64,000 nucleotides of DNA from Candidatus Bathyarchaeota archaeon (GTDB lineage Archaea; Thermoproteota; Bathyarchaeia; Bathyarchaeales; Bathycorpusculaceae), in NCBI GenBank assembly GCA_963826715.1, contig CAWGYA010000008.1, positions 576,001 to 640,000 of the forward strand, in the 5' to 3' direction. Shown here piece after piece: positions 10,008 to 19,686 of this stretch. A program made the translations under genes and the position numbers. Under the pieces are notes generated by a model. The model saw only the letters and a program-made list of their open reading frames with translations, was not told the origin of the DNA and ran no database searches. Within the stretch, counting starts at the first letter, position 1. Every line of letters begins with the position of its first letter.

Positions 10008-11138
10008 TTAGTCTTCGCGCCACTTAAACAGCTTAACTGCCAAAACAAAGATAACAATTGTAATCATTGCTAGAACTGCGATGTCGATGAGCGCATTGGG
10101 GATGTTGTTGTAGACCATTACGTTGTTTAAGCCCTCTGTGACGTAGAAAAGAGGTAGCACATGCGCAAACGTCTGTAAGTAATCGGGCATGCTGCTGATT
10201 GGGAAAAAAGTGCCTGCTAAGAACATCATGGGGAACGTGACGATGTTGCCGATAACACCTGCTGTTTCAGGGTTCTTAGTTACGGTGCCAACCAACATGC
10301 CCAGAGCCGCAAACATCATTGGACCTAAGACTAGGAAGGGCAGAAGCCACAGCGATAGCGTTACGTGTGCTCCAAAGACAAAGATGCCTACGCCCACCAT
10401 CAATAGGAAACCTGCCATTGTCAGTACGATGTACCAGATGACTTTGCTAGTTAACCACTCCATCTTGGTCAAAGGCGTCAGTGAAAGTTGCTTGAAGAGT
10501 TTTGATTTCTTGTACTCGCTGGATATGTTGACGAGTGAGAACATGGGACTGGTGAGGATTGAGAAGCCGATTAAGCCTGGAATCAAGAAGTCCACGTAGG
10601 CAGTTTGCTGTGTGTTTACTGTTGCTGAGGCAATGCTGATTATGTTTGGGTTGGCAGAAGTATCATTGGCTTTTATTTGATAATATTTGAGGTTGAAATA
10701 GTTGGCATATCCGTTAACTGTTCCACTAACTATGCCGCTGGTGCTTGACGCTGGGTTACCGTAAACAGTAATGTTCACTTGTTGCCCTGCCAAGTAATCC
10801 ACCGAGAAATTCATAGGAATAACTATTCCGTCCGAAGCTGAATTAGCTGCTAAGTAATCGGCGAAATTCTCTGACGAATTAACTGTAATAACTCTGATGG
10901 TTGTAGATTCATTCAGATTCGCCAGGAAGCTATCTCCGGCATTTTGTCCAAAAGCGCCTGTATCCTGATTCTGCGCGTAAACGTTAACTGGCCCGCCTCC
11001 ACCGCCTGAAAAGATGGCGCCGAAAATCAAAATCAAGATAACTGGAAAAATTAACCCGAAGAATAACCCAAATTTGTTTCTAAGGTAACCTACACTGAAA
11101 ACTTTAAAGTCTGCAAAGATACGTTTTCCGCTTGGCAT
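10008..11138 (-). CDS. ABC-2 type exporter permease
   Basis: TM helices, large extracellular loop, FPMMFLAGTFFPISSMP motif. Confidence 0.9.
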   Translation of the reverse strand: MPSGKRIFADFKVFSVGYLRNKFGLFFGLIFPVILILIFGAIFSGGGGGPVNVYAQNQDTGAFGQNAGDSFLANLNESTTIRVITVNSSENFADYLAANSASDGIVIPMNFSVDYLAGQQVNITVYGNPASSTSGIVSGTVNGYANYFNLKYYQIKANDTSANPNIISIASATVNTQQTAYVDFLIPGLIGFSILTSPMFSLVNISSEYKKSKLFKQLSLTPLTKMEWLTSKVIWYIVLTMAGFLLMVGVGIFVFGAHVTLSLWLLPFLVLGPMMFAALGMLVGTVTKNPETAGVIGNIVTFPMMFLAGTFFPISSMPDYLQTFAHVLPLFYVTEGLNNVMVYNNIPNALIDIAVLAMITIVIFVLAVKLFKWRED

Positions 11139-11140
11139 TT

Positions 11141-12181
11141 TTAGCGCCTCCGTTTTTTGTCTGAGGCTGCACCTTTCGGCATGTCTCCCTGTTCGCCGAG
11201 GGGTTCACTTACCAGGTTGATGAATACATCGTCTAAGCTGTCTTGGCGCGTTTGGATGGCGCCCCACTCCAGCCCCGATTGTTCGGCCGCCGCCAAAGCT
11301 GCTAGGGCGTCGATTCTCTTTTGAAGCGGAATAGTAATTACTTCTTTAACGGTATCAAAATCCACATGCAATTCAGTATTTGTTTTAATGTAGTCCGCAA
11401 GTTGTTGGTTACCATGGATTTCTAAGCGTTCCCCTGAACCATGCTGCTGAATGATTTCTTCAGTTGTGCCCATGGCAACGATTTTGCCATGATCCATGAT
11501 TGCTACTCTGTCGCAGAGATGTTGGGCTTCGTCGAGGTAATGAGTGGTTAAGATGATGGTTTTCCCTTTGGCTTTGAGGCCGCGGATGACTTCCCAGATA
11601 GCTCTTCGGGCGTTTGGGTCTAAGCCCGTGGTGGGTTCGTCGAGGAAAAGAAGTTCAGGCTTGTTCACCAATGAGAGGGCAAGACCCATTTTCTGTTTTT
11701 GCCCGCCTGAGAGATTCTCGAAGTTCTGTTTAGCCATATCCTCAAGGAGTACCTCTTTTAGGATGAGGTCGGAGTCGACTTTTACGTTGAAGAGGTTTGC
11801 GTAGTAGTTAATGGCTTCCCGGGGCGCCGTTTTCTCAAAAAACGTGAAGTTTTGGGGTATCACACCGATTCGTTTGTGAAGTTCATAGCCGTTTTTCCAT
11901 GGGTCAAGCCCCAAGATTTTTACATCTCCGCTGCCACATTCACGCAAACCCTCCATGATTTCGATGGTAGTGGTTTTTCCTGCACCATTAGGACCCAATA
12001 GCCCAAAAACTTCTCCTTGCTTAACGTTAAAGGAGATTCCGTCAACGGCTTTTAAATCTCCATAATACTTTTTGAGCTGGAATACTTCAATTGGCATCAT
12101 GTCAGGTGGGTCCTTTGATATGGGAAAGTATATTTCTGTAGGTATTGAGGGAAGAAATATAACTTTCGGCTGTAGAAACAA
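11141..12181 (-). CDS. ABC exporter ATP-binding protein
   Basis: GPNGAGKTT, LSGGQ, LFLDEPTTGLD, H-loop TTHY; true start probably near 12100 (MMPIEV). Confidence 0.95.
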   Translation of the reverse strand: MFLQPKVIFLPSIPTEIYFPISKDPPDMMPIEVFQLKKYYGDLKAVDGISFNVKQGEVFGLLGPNGAGKTTTIEIMEGLRECGSGDVKILGLDPWKNGYELHKRIGVIPQNFTFFEKTAPREAINYYANLFNVKVDSDLILKEVLLEDMAKQNFENLSGGQKQKMGLALSLVNKPELLFLDEPTTGLDPNARRAIWEVIRGLKAKGKTIILTTHYLDEAQHLCDRVAIMDHGKIVAMGTTEEIIQQHGSGERLEIHGNQQLADYIKTNTELHVDFDTVKEVITIPLQKRIDALAALAAAEQSGLEWGAIQTRQDSLDDVFINLVSEPLGEQGDMPKGAASDKKRRR

Positions 12182-12209
12182 TAACTATTATTGATGATAA
12201 TACAGAAGG

Positions 12210-12719
12210 TTAAGGATTAATTTCCCGAAGAATTTTTCGTTTGACAGTTCCATTGATTTTCCCCAAAAGAAAAGCTATCATGTCCTCAGGATAAATATAG
12301 CGAGGTCCCCGTTCATGCGACACTGCTACCTGAAGATTGCCCTTTTCAAAAGCCACACGCAACATATAGTAATCAAATTTTAATGCTGCACGAGCTACGC
12401 CGCTGCCACGATAGTAGCGTATTGAACAAAAAAAATCTAGAATCCGCACCCGCCCCTTATCGATGAAATCCAGCGCTTTAGCTACTTCTTCTGCATCTAT
12501 GAAGTTAAAATTAACTCCGTCAGCTAATCCGAACTCAAAAATAATCCAGCCATCAGGCACCGTAGGGATAGTGACCTCTTCGAAGCGGAATTCTCTTTGG
12601 TTTACTTCACCTAAAACCTGAATCAACTGCTGCTGAAGGTGTCGAGTTGATGCGTTGGAGTGGTAATTTTTGATATAATGTATATCAGCTGGAAAATTGC
12701 TGTAGGAACCTAAAGTCAA
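12210..12719 (-). CDS. Hypothetical protein
   Basis: 169 aa ORF closely spaced with neighbours on the same strand. Confidence 0.7.
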   Translation of the reverse strand: MTLGSYSNFPADIHYIKNYHSNASTRHLQQQLIQVLGEVNQREFRFEEVTIPTVPDGWIIFEFGLADGVNFNFIDAEEVAKALDFIDKGRVRILDFFCSIRYYRGSGVARAALKFDYYMLRVAFEKGNLQVAVSHERGPRYIYPEDMIAFLLGKINGTVKRKILREINP

Positions 12720-12726
12720 TTTAGGT

Positions 12727-13119
12727 CTAGCTCTTTATTTTCTTGATTTTTTCGACACTATTAAGGAGTTCACTTAGGGCATTGGTGATTTTTTGGAGTT
12801 CATCTATGTCTACTGTCTCCTCGATTCGTCTTTGCAAATCAACTATCTTAGTCATCAACGTGGCTTCCAGTTTATCGTAGGCATCTCTTGATTTAGGAAC
12901 CTGTGCAGGCGACTCGCCCCCTTCCTTTATAACAATTACTTTTTTTTCATCTTTGGCGCACCAGAGCATACCATCTTTGAGGCGGAACAGTGGCGACGAG
13001 CATGCGGGGCATGATAGGTCGGTTAACGTGCTCCCTTGCCTTAGAAGATCGGCCATTCGTTTGATTGGGTCAGTATCTTTATCTTGTTGCATATTGAACC
13101 CCAAAATAAATACCTGCAA
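12727..13119 (-). CDS. UPF0148 / autoantigen p27-like Zn-ribbon protein
   Basis: MADLLRQGSTLTDLSCPACSSPLF...C motif; divergent from a UPF0147 gene. Confidence 0.85.
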   Translation of the reverse strand: MQVFILGFNMQQDKDTDPIKRMADLLRQGSTLTDLSCPACSSPLFRLKDGMLWCAKDEKKVIVIKEGGESPAQVPKSRDAYDKLEATLMTKIVDLQRRIEETVDIDELQKITNALSELLNSVEKIKKIKS

Positions 13120-13145
13120 TACATATATAACTTGATAACCGCAAC

Positions 13146-13448
13146 ATGTGTGAAGGGGAACTAATTTATATGGTGCGCAAAAAGAAAACAGAGGAATATG
13201 AAGCGAAAATTAAGCAAGCCTTGATGGTATTAGGCGAGGTTTCAGAGGACACAACTACTCCAAGGAACATCCGCCGGAGCGCAAAAGACGCCGTTAACGC
13301 ATTGCAGGGAACAGAATACACGCCGGCCGTAAAAGCCTCAAACGCTGTTGCACTCCTCGATGAGATTCTACAGGACCCCAACATGCCGCCGTACACACGT
13401 GTGAAATTGTGGAACGTAATGAGTTTCATTGAAGCCATAAAAGATTAG
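13146..13448 (+). CDS. UPF0147 family protein; its 3' end is the integration site
   Basis: DTTTPRNIRR and LDEILQDPNMPPYTRVKLW signatures; likely start ATG 13170. Confidence 0.9.
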   Translation: MCEGELIYMVRKKKTEEYEAKIKQALMVLGEVSEDTTTPRNIRRSAKDAVNALQGTEYTPAVKASNAVALLDEILQDPNMPPYTRVKLWNVMSFIEAIKD

Positions 13449-13548
13449 TATTCGAGTATGTCAGACTACTTTCTTTTCCTAAACAGCAATTAGATCAAGA
13501 CCGTTTTCAAAGCCGACTTCGAGCAGTTTGAATGCTTCTTGAAGGTTT
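13431..13548 (+). repeat. Left direct repeat (attL candidate)
   Basis: gaagccataaaagattag...gaatgcttcttgaaggttt; matches 30463-30579 with 3 substitutions and one 1-bp indel. Confidence 0.92.
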
Positions 13549-14755
13549 CGGCAACTTTTACGTGGTATTCCTCGTCTGCATTTTGAAAGATCGCTTTTTC
13601 CAGATTGATGTAGATTAGCGTATTTCTTAGGTCTCGGTGACCGAGCAGTTGCTGCACGTGAAGAATGTCTCTTGTTTTATGGTATTCCATGGTTGCCTTC
13701 CAGTGTCTGAAAGTATGCAAGCCGATTTCTTTGAGTCTTGGGTTTTGTAGCTTGAAGGCTATACTCTTGCGCGTTTTGTAGAAGTTCGATTTTAGGCTGT
13801 AGGCGGTTGCAAAGATTTTTTCTGTTTTCTTAGGTTGACGGTTTAGCATGTCGATGAGCTTTTGGCTTATTGGCAGTATGCGTGCTCTGCTTCCTTTCTC
13901 AGGGGTAATGGTTGCTATTTTTCTTTCGATGTCGAGGTCTCTCCATCTTAGTCTTGCTGCTTCGCCGCTTCTTGCACCGGTCTCTTTTAGGAATTGTAGG
14001 AATGTTGCGAGTACTCTGCCGCTTCCTGAGATTAGCGAGTCGATTTCTGCTTCTGTTGGTATGTAAGGTGCGTTATCGACTGGTTTGTATTTTGGCGGTT
14101 GCCATTGGAGATTGTTGAATTTTAGAAAGCTGCCGTATACTATGACGACCATTTGTTTTGTGGCTTCGTTCCATTCTTTGGTTTTTGCTAAGTATTCTTT
14201 GACTGCTTCCGGTGTTAAGTCAGTGTTTTTTGCGAGTTTTCGCAGGACTGCACTGTAGCTTCCGAGGGTGTTGCCTTTTACTCCGTTTTGTCTTAGATTC
14301 CAGAGGAACTCTACGATTTTAGCTGTTTTGTCTGGCTGCGTTGTGCCCTCCCGCTGGGCGTTTTGTTGGGTTTGACTTGTGACCAAGGTTAATCCTCCTG
14401 CCAGGAGGGTCGATGCTCGTCCCTTACGGGATTCACTGCGTTCTTGGCGATTAACTCTTAGGACTGATGTTGTATTTATGGTGTAGGTCGAAGTTCGTAG
14501 CAGTTTTTTTCTCTTGTCGGGTGGGCTGAAGCGGTAGTTGCAGTCTCGACATAACCATCTTTGAACCGGTATGCCATCAAAAAGGTATCTAAAACCTCCT
14601 CTGTAAAGCCTCTGAGAGTGGCATTGGGGGCACTCTATAATTGGCTGCTTAGGGGGTTGGTGCAAGCGGCTATCAACCGACTTCCCATCTGAATCTTGCC
14701 TTCTGCCAAGAACGCCAAAATCAGAATTGTTGAAGCCAACCTCTCCCTCAGCCAA
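13490..14755 (-). CDS. Tyrosine recombinase/integrase with N-terminal Zn ribbon
   Basis: ETGARSGEA (R), K in PEKGS, HTFRH (HxxR), LGH, Y in NTLIY; CPQC...CRDC ribbon. Confidence 0.93.
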   Translation of the reverse strand: MAEGEVGFNNSDFGVLGRRQDSDGKSVDSRLHQPPKQPIIECPQCHSQRLYRGGFRYLFDGIPVQRWLCRDCNYRFSPPDKRKKLLRTSTYTINTTSVLRVNRQERSESRKGRASTLLAGGLTLVTSQTQQNAQREGTTQPDKTAKIVEFLWNLRQNGVKGNTLGSYSAVLRKLAKNTDLTPEAVKEYLAKTKEWNEATKQMVVIVYGSFLKFNNLQWQPPKYKPVDNAPYIPTEAEIDSLISGSGRVLATFLQFLKETGARSGEAARLRWRDLDIERKIATITPEKGSRARILPISQKLIDMLNRQPKKTEKIFATAYSLKSNFYKTRKSIAFKLQNPRLKEIGLHTFRHWKATMEYHKTRDILHVQQLLGHRDLRNTLIYINLEKAIFQNADEEYHVKVAETFKKHSNCSKSALKTVLI

Positions 14756-14980
14756 TCAACTCACCTTGCATTGAATGGGGTCAGGTGCTGTTTTCTCAAC
14801 TGCTTCATAAACGGCAATATACACTCCCAACTCAGCAACAAACACCAAAGCCCTAACCGTAGGATTCACCGATGTATGCTCCCGCCGACAAGCCTCCGCC
14901 CGAGCAACAGCTAACAAAGAACCCACATCAACCGTCTTCTCGTTAGGAGAAATAACAAGAGCCTTAAGCATAGTTTTCAT
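14756..14980 (-). CDS. Small hypothetical protein of the element
   Basis: ATGA-type overlap with the primase gene stop and abuts the integrase ORF, suggesting coupling. Confidence 0.6.
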   Translation of the reverse strand: MKTMLKALVISPNEKTVDVGSLLAVARAEACRREHTSVNPTVRALVFVAELGVYIAVYEAVEKTAPDPIQCKVS

Positions 14981-17649
14981 TTAACACCCCATCTGCCAAT
15001 TTGAGGAACCGCAAAAATTTGTCCTTCTTCAAGCAGAATTTTTACTGTTTGATGAATATCCAGACTTAGTTCCTTGCATTTCTCGGAGAGAATTGATGAA
15101 TCTATTGTGCAATTCTCATCTTTTTCTGTTAGAAGGCAATCTTTGATTTTATCAAGATTTTCTTTATTCCATGAAGAAGGGGAAATAATAGCGTCCTTAG
15201 CGTCCTTACTGTTTTTGTCGTCGGACTGTTCGGCATTGATAACATGGATGTATTGGTCGCTTTGGACGCTAACTATACTTATTCTCCTCTTGCCACTTTT
15301 AGAAGAAATTATTTCCCAGCCCAACGCTCTTAATGAGGGTGCTAGTTCATTCAGTTGTCGGGTTAATGCATGCGGTACTTTTGGCCAAGTCTTTTGACGA
15401 GGATTAATTTCAAGTGTTTTTGCATGATTCAAAAGTGTGGTATGCAACTCTGTTGGGGTTCCAATCCATTCTTTGAGTGATTTTTCAATTATTTCATTTT
15501 CTAAGTAATCAAGCAATACAGCTGCAATAGGACTTGCCAAAGCAGCCTCTTCCACTTGGCTTTTGACTTTGCTTTCATAAGCTGTTAAGAAATCTTCTGG
15601 GCTCTTACCTAATGCCTTAGCTATTGAACAACCCCATCGTGTGAAATCTGCCATTCTGAAAAGTCCCTCGGGATTGACGTTTGGATAATTCTTAATGGCT
15701 TTTACAAGGGCATCTAGGAAGCCTCCCAGAATACTCTGTTTTTTAGCATTTAACTCCGCTATAATTTGTTCTTCGGTTTTTCTCTGCTCTTTAGGAATAA
15801 ATTCAAGTGGAACTAAGAAACTGCGATCTAGTAAGTCTCCGCGTTGTGCTGCAATATTTATACCGTTTAAACCTACACATCGTTTAAAATTGTAAATTAT
15901 ATCCTCGTCGTCGGAATAGAGTTCTCGCTTAGTAAATCCACCTCCAGTGGCTGCCTTGCAGAGACTGTCGCTTGTCCAGGTTGGTATACTTGTTAGGTTA
16001 TCGTAAAACGCAAGCCAATTATGGTCAAGTTGTTGGACTCTTTCTCTTTCATCTCTTGACATGCTTAAGAGGTCTATACTCGAGGGATCAAAAATCTCCT
16101 TAATTATCCTAAATAGCCAGCTTTTTCCTGTACCCTGTGGTCCATGCAGAACTAAGATTGGATGAGGTATCAGTGGTATTAGGTAGCTTGCACAAAGGCA
16201 CATCAACCCTAACCGACTATCGTTATCGTCTTTTCGAATATTAAAAAAATCTAAAAGCTGCCATGGATCACCACCTGCAATTGGTGAGATTATTGGAAGT
16301 TGATGTCCATATCTTTTGAAAAGTATAGGTGGGTGATTTACTATTTGCCAACGGTTTGCGTCCACTTTTATTGCTTGCCATTTATCATTAACCATGTCAA
16401 TCCAGAAGCCGTCTTTGTCAGGTGCCACTCGATTATATAGAATGTATTGTGTGCCTTCAATCAGAGCTTTTCCTTGAAGAACACTCAATGCACTGTTTAT
16501 TCCTTCGGCGCTAGGTGCTTTTTGTTCTTTTTTCCACATAAGGTTAGCTAACCAAGTTTTGCATTGGCGGCTGCGTATTGGAATTGTTATGTTAGCCTCG
16601 TTTTGAATTACTCGCATGTAAGGAGTTTTGTGTTGGTCGTGGAAGAAGACAGGGTTTTGAAGGAGACAAATGTCTACTATTTTGTCAGCTTGGCTTTGGT
16701 TCCGGTTGCTTCTGTTTTCTTCTTTGGGCTTGCGGCAATCTTGACAGTTTATTAGTTTACATTCTGTGTAGCAGATGTCTAATTCTTGAAGGGTTTCACG
16801 TCTATACCTGTAGTTGTTTCCTTCAGAGGCCTTAGATATTGTATAGGTTAATCTTTGGTCTGTTTCATCTCGGTCAAAATTATGTACGGGTGAGGGTTCC
16901 CACGCTTGGTTCTCATGGAATATTTTTCTTATTTCATCGTTTGTTCTGCCCGTGAAATGTAGTTCATAAACTAAAGCTACTTTTTCATTATGCCTTAGAT
17001 GTGCCTGCTTCATTAATTTTTCAAAGCACGGTCTAACTGGCGTTGCTTCGATTTCTAAGGGGATAATATTGGTAGCTGTTGGAATTTTTGCTTTTATTAA
17101 GTCCGCTGATAGAAGGGCTTCATGAAACATTTCTTCAGCATTTTCTACGATTGTTGGATCGTTATCATTTTCTCTGGAATAGCCTTCGCTCGGTGCCATA
17201 ATGCATAAGTTGCCCTTTCCTAGAAGTTCCAAGTAGGTTCCTTTAGGCTTCCAACCATTAACAGGTTGCCTTGAATAATAGAGTAGGTGCTGTCCGTCGG
17301 ACCTTGTTTTTTCCAGTTGAGTGACTCTCAAGTTACTAATGGCGTGGAGTGTCTTTTCAAGAATCTCGGGTGTAGCGTTTTCTCCTTTAACGTCTCTATC
17401 GATAGCGCAAAAATATACTTCATCGTTACCTACAGTGATTCTTGTTCCTGTAATAATTCCAAACAAACAATAGTTTTCGATATGAAGAGCCTGAAACTCT
17501 TCAAGTGTCTGCCGTCTGGATTGCCACTGCTTCCAGGAGTTCACAACTGGTCTTTTTTTCCCGTCAGAGTCTACAATAAAAGGTACAATTCCCAAGCCTA
17601 TTTGATGATATTTCTGCGCTTCTAACAGAAGATTATTATCGTTTTCCAT
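14977..17649 (-). CDS. Bifunctional primase-polymerase / P-loop ATPase (helicase-like) replication protein
   Basis: Prim-Pol-like N-terminus (GIITG, AIDRD, TRSDGQHLLY, IMAPS); Walker A GPQGTGKS; RELYSD and DLLDRS motifs. Confidence 0.85.
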   Translation of the reverse strand: MENDNNLLLEAQKYHQIGLGIVPFIVDSDGKKRPVVNSWKQWQSRRQTLEEFQALHIENYCLFGIITGTRITVGNDEVYFCAIDRDVKGENATPEILEKTLHAISNLRVTQLEKTRSDGQHLLYYSRQPVNGWKPKGTYLELLGKGNLCIMAPSEGYSRENDNDPTIVENAEEMFHEALLSADLIKAKIPTATNIIPLEIEATPVRPCFEKLMKQAHLRHNEKVALVYELHFTGRTNDEIRKIFHENQAWEPSPVHNFDRDETDQRLTYTISKASEGNNYRYRRETLQELDICYTECKLINCQDCRKPKEENRSNRNQSQADKIVDICLLQNPVFFHDQHKTPYMRVIQNEANITIPIRSRQCKTWLANLMWKKEQKAPSAEGINSALSVLQGKALIEGTQYILYNRVAPDKDGFWIDMVNDKWQAIKVDANRWQIVNHPPILFKRYGHQLPIISPIAGGDPWQLLDFFNIRKDDNDSRLGLMCLCASYLIPLIPHPILVLHGPQGTGKSWLFRIIKEIFDPSSIDLLSMSRDERERVQQLDHNWLAFYDNLTSIPTWTSDSLCKAATGGGFTKRELYSDDEDIIYNFKRCVGLNGINIAAQRGDLLDRSFLVPLEFIPKEQRKTEEQIIAELNAKKQSILGGFLDALVKAIKNYPNVNPEGLFRMADFTRWGCSIAKALGKSPEDFLTAYESKVKSQVEEAALASPIAAVLLDYLENEIIEKSLKEWIGTPTELHTTLLNHAKTLEINPRQKTWPKVPHALTRQLNELAPSLRALGWEIISSKSGKRRISIVSVQSDQYIHVINAEQSDDKNSKDAKDAIISPSSWNKENLDKIKDCLLTEKDENCTIDSSILSEKCKELSLDIHQTVKILLEEGQIFAVPQIGRWGVK

Positions 17650-17682
17650 TTTTGTGGCTTAACTCCATAGCTTTTTTGATAA

Positions 17683-17919
17683 TCAGGCTGTCTCGTGGTT
17701 TGTCCCTATGCTTGCACTTTGTTTTCTGCTTTTCAAGTCAAGTCTTATTAAATCTCTGAGATAGTCGGCTAGGTTGATGTGTGAGCTTTCAGGTAAGGCG
17801 TTTTTTACTTCTTGAAACATTGACTTGCTTATCCGGGTCGAAACTGCAACTGTTTGCTCTTTTTCTGTTATCAAACGTTTACACCCAATTATACCTGAAT
17901 ACAAATATATGAGCACCAA
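17683..17919 (-). CDS. Ribbon-helix-helix (CopG-like) DNA-binding protein
   Basis: VAVSTRISKSMFQEV...NLADYLRDLIRLDL pattern, directly upstream of the rep gene; start probably TTG near 17873. Confidence 0.75.
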   Translation of the reverse strand: MVLIYLYSGIIGCKRLITEKEQTVAVSTRISKSMFQEVKNALPESSHINLADYLRDLIRLDLKSRKQSASIGTNHETA

Positions 17920-17947
17920 GAAGAGAATTACCCCTGTAGGTGCTCAT
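17909..17947. promoter_or_regulatory. 9-bp inverted repeat, candidate operator
   Basis: ATGAGCACC-N21-GGTGCTCAT between divergent RHH and wHTH genes. Confidence 0.5.
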
Positions 17948-17949
17948 TA

Positions 17950-19521
17950 ATGGATTCTAAGACAGCGGAGATAAGCGATAGGCTCAGCCAATATAAGTCC
18001 GCAGAAGACTTAAGCGAGAAAGATAGACAGCGCTATCTCTTAATCCTAAAGTTCATTGGAAAACATGGGATTAAAGGTACATATACCGCTGGTTTGAGAA
18101 AGAACTATGGTTTGAGTAGTCGCTACATAAGAGCTGTTGAAATCTGGTTGAAGGACCATGATTGGATCAAACCAGTCGGAAAAGAACACCATAAAAAAGT
18201 ATGTTTGACCGATAAAGGTCAAGATGCCCTAAGCATTCTTGTACGATATTGCTATTCTCCTTTGACGGAGCCTAAACTGAAGATAGACTTCCCCCTTGGG
18301 GAGGAACAAACAATAGTCGCCTCAATCCCTGACAAGGATGTTTTATCGATCGAGAAGTTAGCGATATTATCGCGGCCTGATGTTAGGGAAGGTATAGTTA
18401 AGATAGCTCATAGCTTGATAGAAAATAATCACAAAAATATCACTCTCAAAATAGAAATACCTCCATTGCATGCTTCCCAATTAACCAGTTTCATAAAACT
18501 AATCGAGCTAGTTTATTGGCTGGTTCTGCAAAAGAGCGATTATAAGGGACTACTAGCTTACGAGCCTATTTCAGAAAATACAGAAAACCAAGAGGTGTAC
18601 ACATCATTTTGGAAAATGTACTTGGAGAAGCATCTCAGCATTAAAGACAATGAAATCTACAGGTCGAGTATCTGGATTTTTGACGGAGTGCCTGATGGTA
18701 GGAAAGAGTCGTTTCAACAGCCTCTTCATGATTTCTTCGTAGAAGAATTGGGCTTTGAGGAAAACAGTTTTAGTTTCTTCCTTGACCTCCTAAGTGAGCC
18801 TCCGATAAGAAAGTGGATAGAGGACAGATTAGCTAAAGATCCCGATTGGTTTATGCCCCAATATTTTTGGAAAAATCCGGGTTATTGGGATAGGTATTTC
18901 TTAGGTTTTGATCTTCCATCTACAACCTTGAACATACTTCAACCATTGATGAAAGATTTGGGTGAATTTGAGTATCTCGAAATTCCGAGAAAGGGAACAA
19001 TTTTTGGTAGTGATAATGCAGATCAATCCGTTCTCGATAAGGCGGTGGCTATTGTGAGGGAAAAAAATGGGGTATGCGTTCAGATTGAAAAACTTCCAGC
19101 TTTTCGAGTCGAGTTTGTAGATCGAATAAAGCCACCTATCTGGCACGAGTTTTCTCTACAAGAAATTACTAACGAGTATTATCAGCTTGAGTTCAATCTT
19201 AGATGCATGACAACAGCAGGTAATTATATGCTTGAGTCAACTATTGATCACCTTCTTAAAATGGATCTAAATTCTGACCTCTTTTATAGAAATTGGCGGG
19301 TGCTATACGAAGTATTTTCAAAAGACCACAGAGATAAAATCCCCCAAAGCAGACTTAAAGATATAATTGAGTTAATTCAAAAAGCCTATGTGAAGTACAT
19401 TCCGGAAGGTAAGCCCACCGTAGATTTGATAGCTGTATTGAATAATTATAAAGTCACCTTGGATCCATCTAAACTCTTACAAGACATAGACAATGGAAAA
19501 TACGATATTAACATAGTTTAA
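17950..19521 (+). CDS. Hypothetical protein with probable N-terminal winged HTH
   Basis: ILKFIGKHG...LSSRYIRAVEIWLKDHDWI...LTDKGQ resembles MarR/ArsR-type wHTH; remainder unrecognised. Confidence 0.7.
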   Translation: MDSKTAEISDRLSQYKSAEDLSEKDRQRYLLILKFIGKHGIKGTYTAGLRKNYGLSSRYIRAVEIWLKDHDWIKPVGKEHHKKVCLTDKGQDALSILVRYCYSPLTEPKLKIDFPLGEEQTIVASIPDKDVLSIEKLAILSRPDVREGIVKIAHSLIENNHKNITLKIEIPPLHASQLTSFIKLIELVYWLVLQKSDYKGLLAYEPISENTENQEVYTSFWKMYLEKHLSIKDNEIYRSSIWIFDGVPDGRKESFQQPLHDFFVEELGFEENSFSFFLDLLSEPPIRKWIEDRLAKDPDWFMPQYFWKNPGYWDRYFLGFDLPSTTLNILQPLMKDLGEFEYLEIPRKGTIFGSDNADQSVLDKAVAIVREKNGVCVQIEKLPAFRVEFVDRIKPPIWHEFSLQEITNEYYQLEFNLRCMTTAGNYMLESTIDHLLKMDLNSDLFYRNWRVLYEVFSKDHRDKIPQSRLKDIIELIQKAYVKYIPEGKPTVDLIAVLNNYKVTLDPSKLLQDIDNGKYDINIV

Positions 19522-19686
19522 CGAGCGCTTTTTTCCTTGTTTACGGAAAACCCCGTTGTAACTGTCTATTGTTAGCTGCAAAACTTGGCGCAGGGCAATC
19601 AAGTGCTTGGTCCTCCTCAATAGTACAGCCATTGCCTCCATTAGAGACTCTCAAATTTACCCATGTTGGATTGCAGGCGGCAATGC

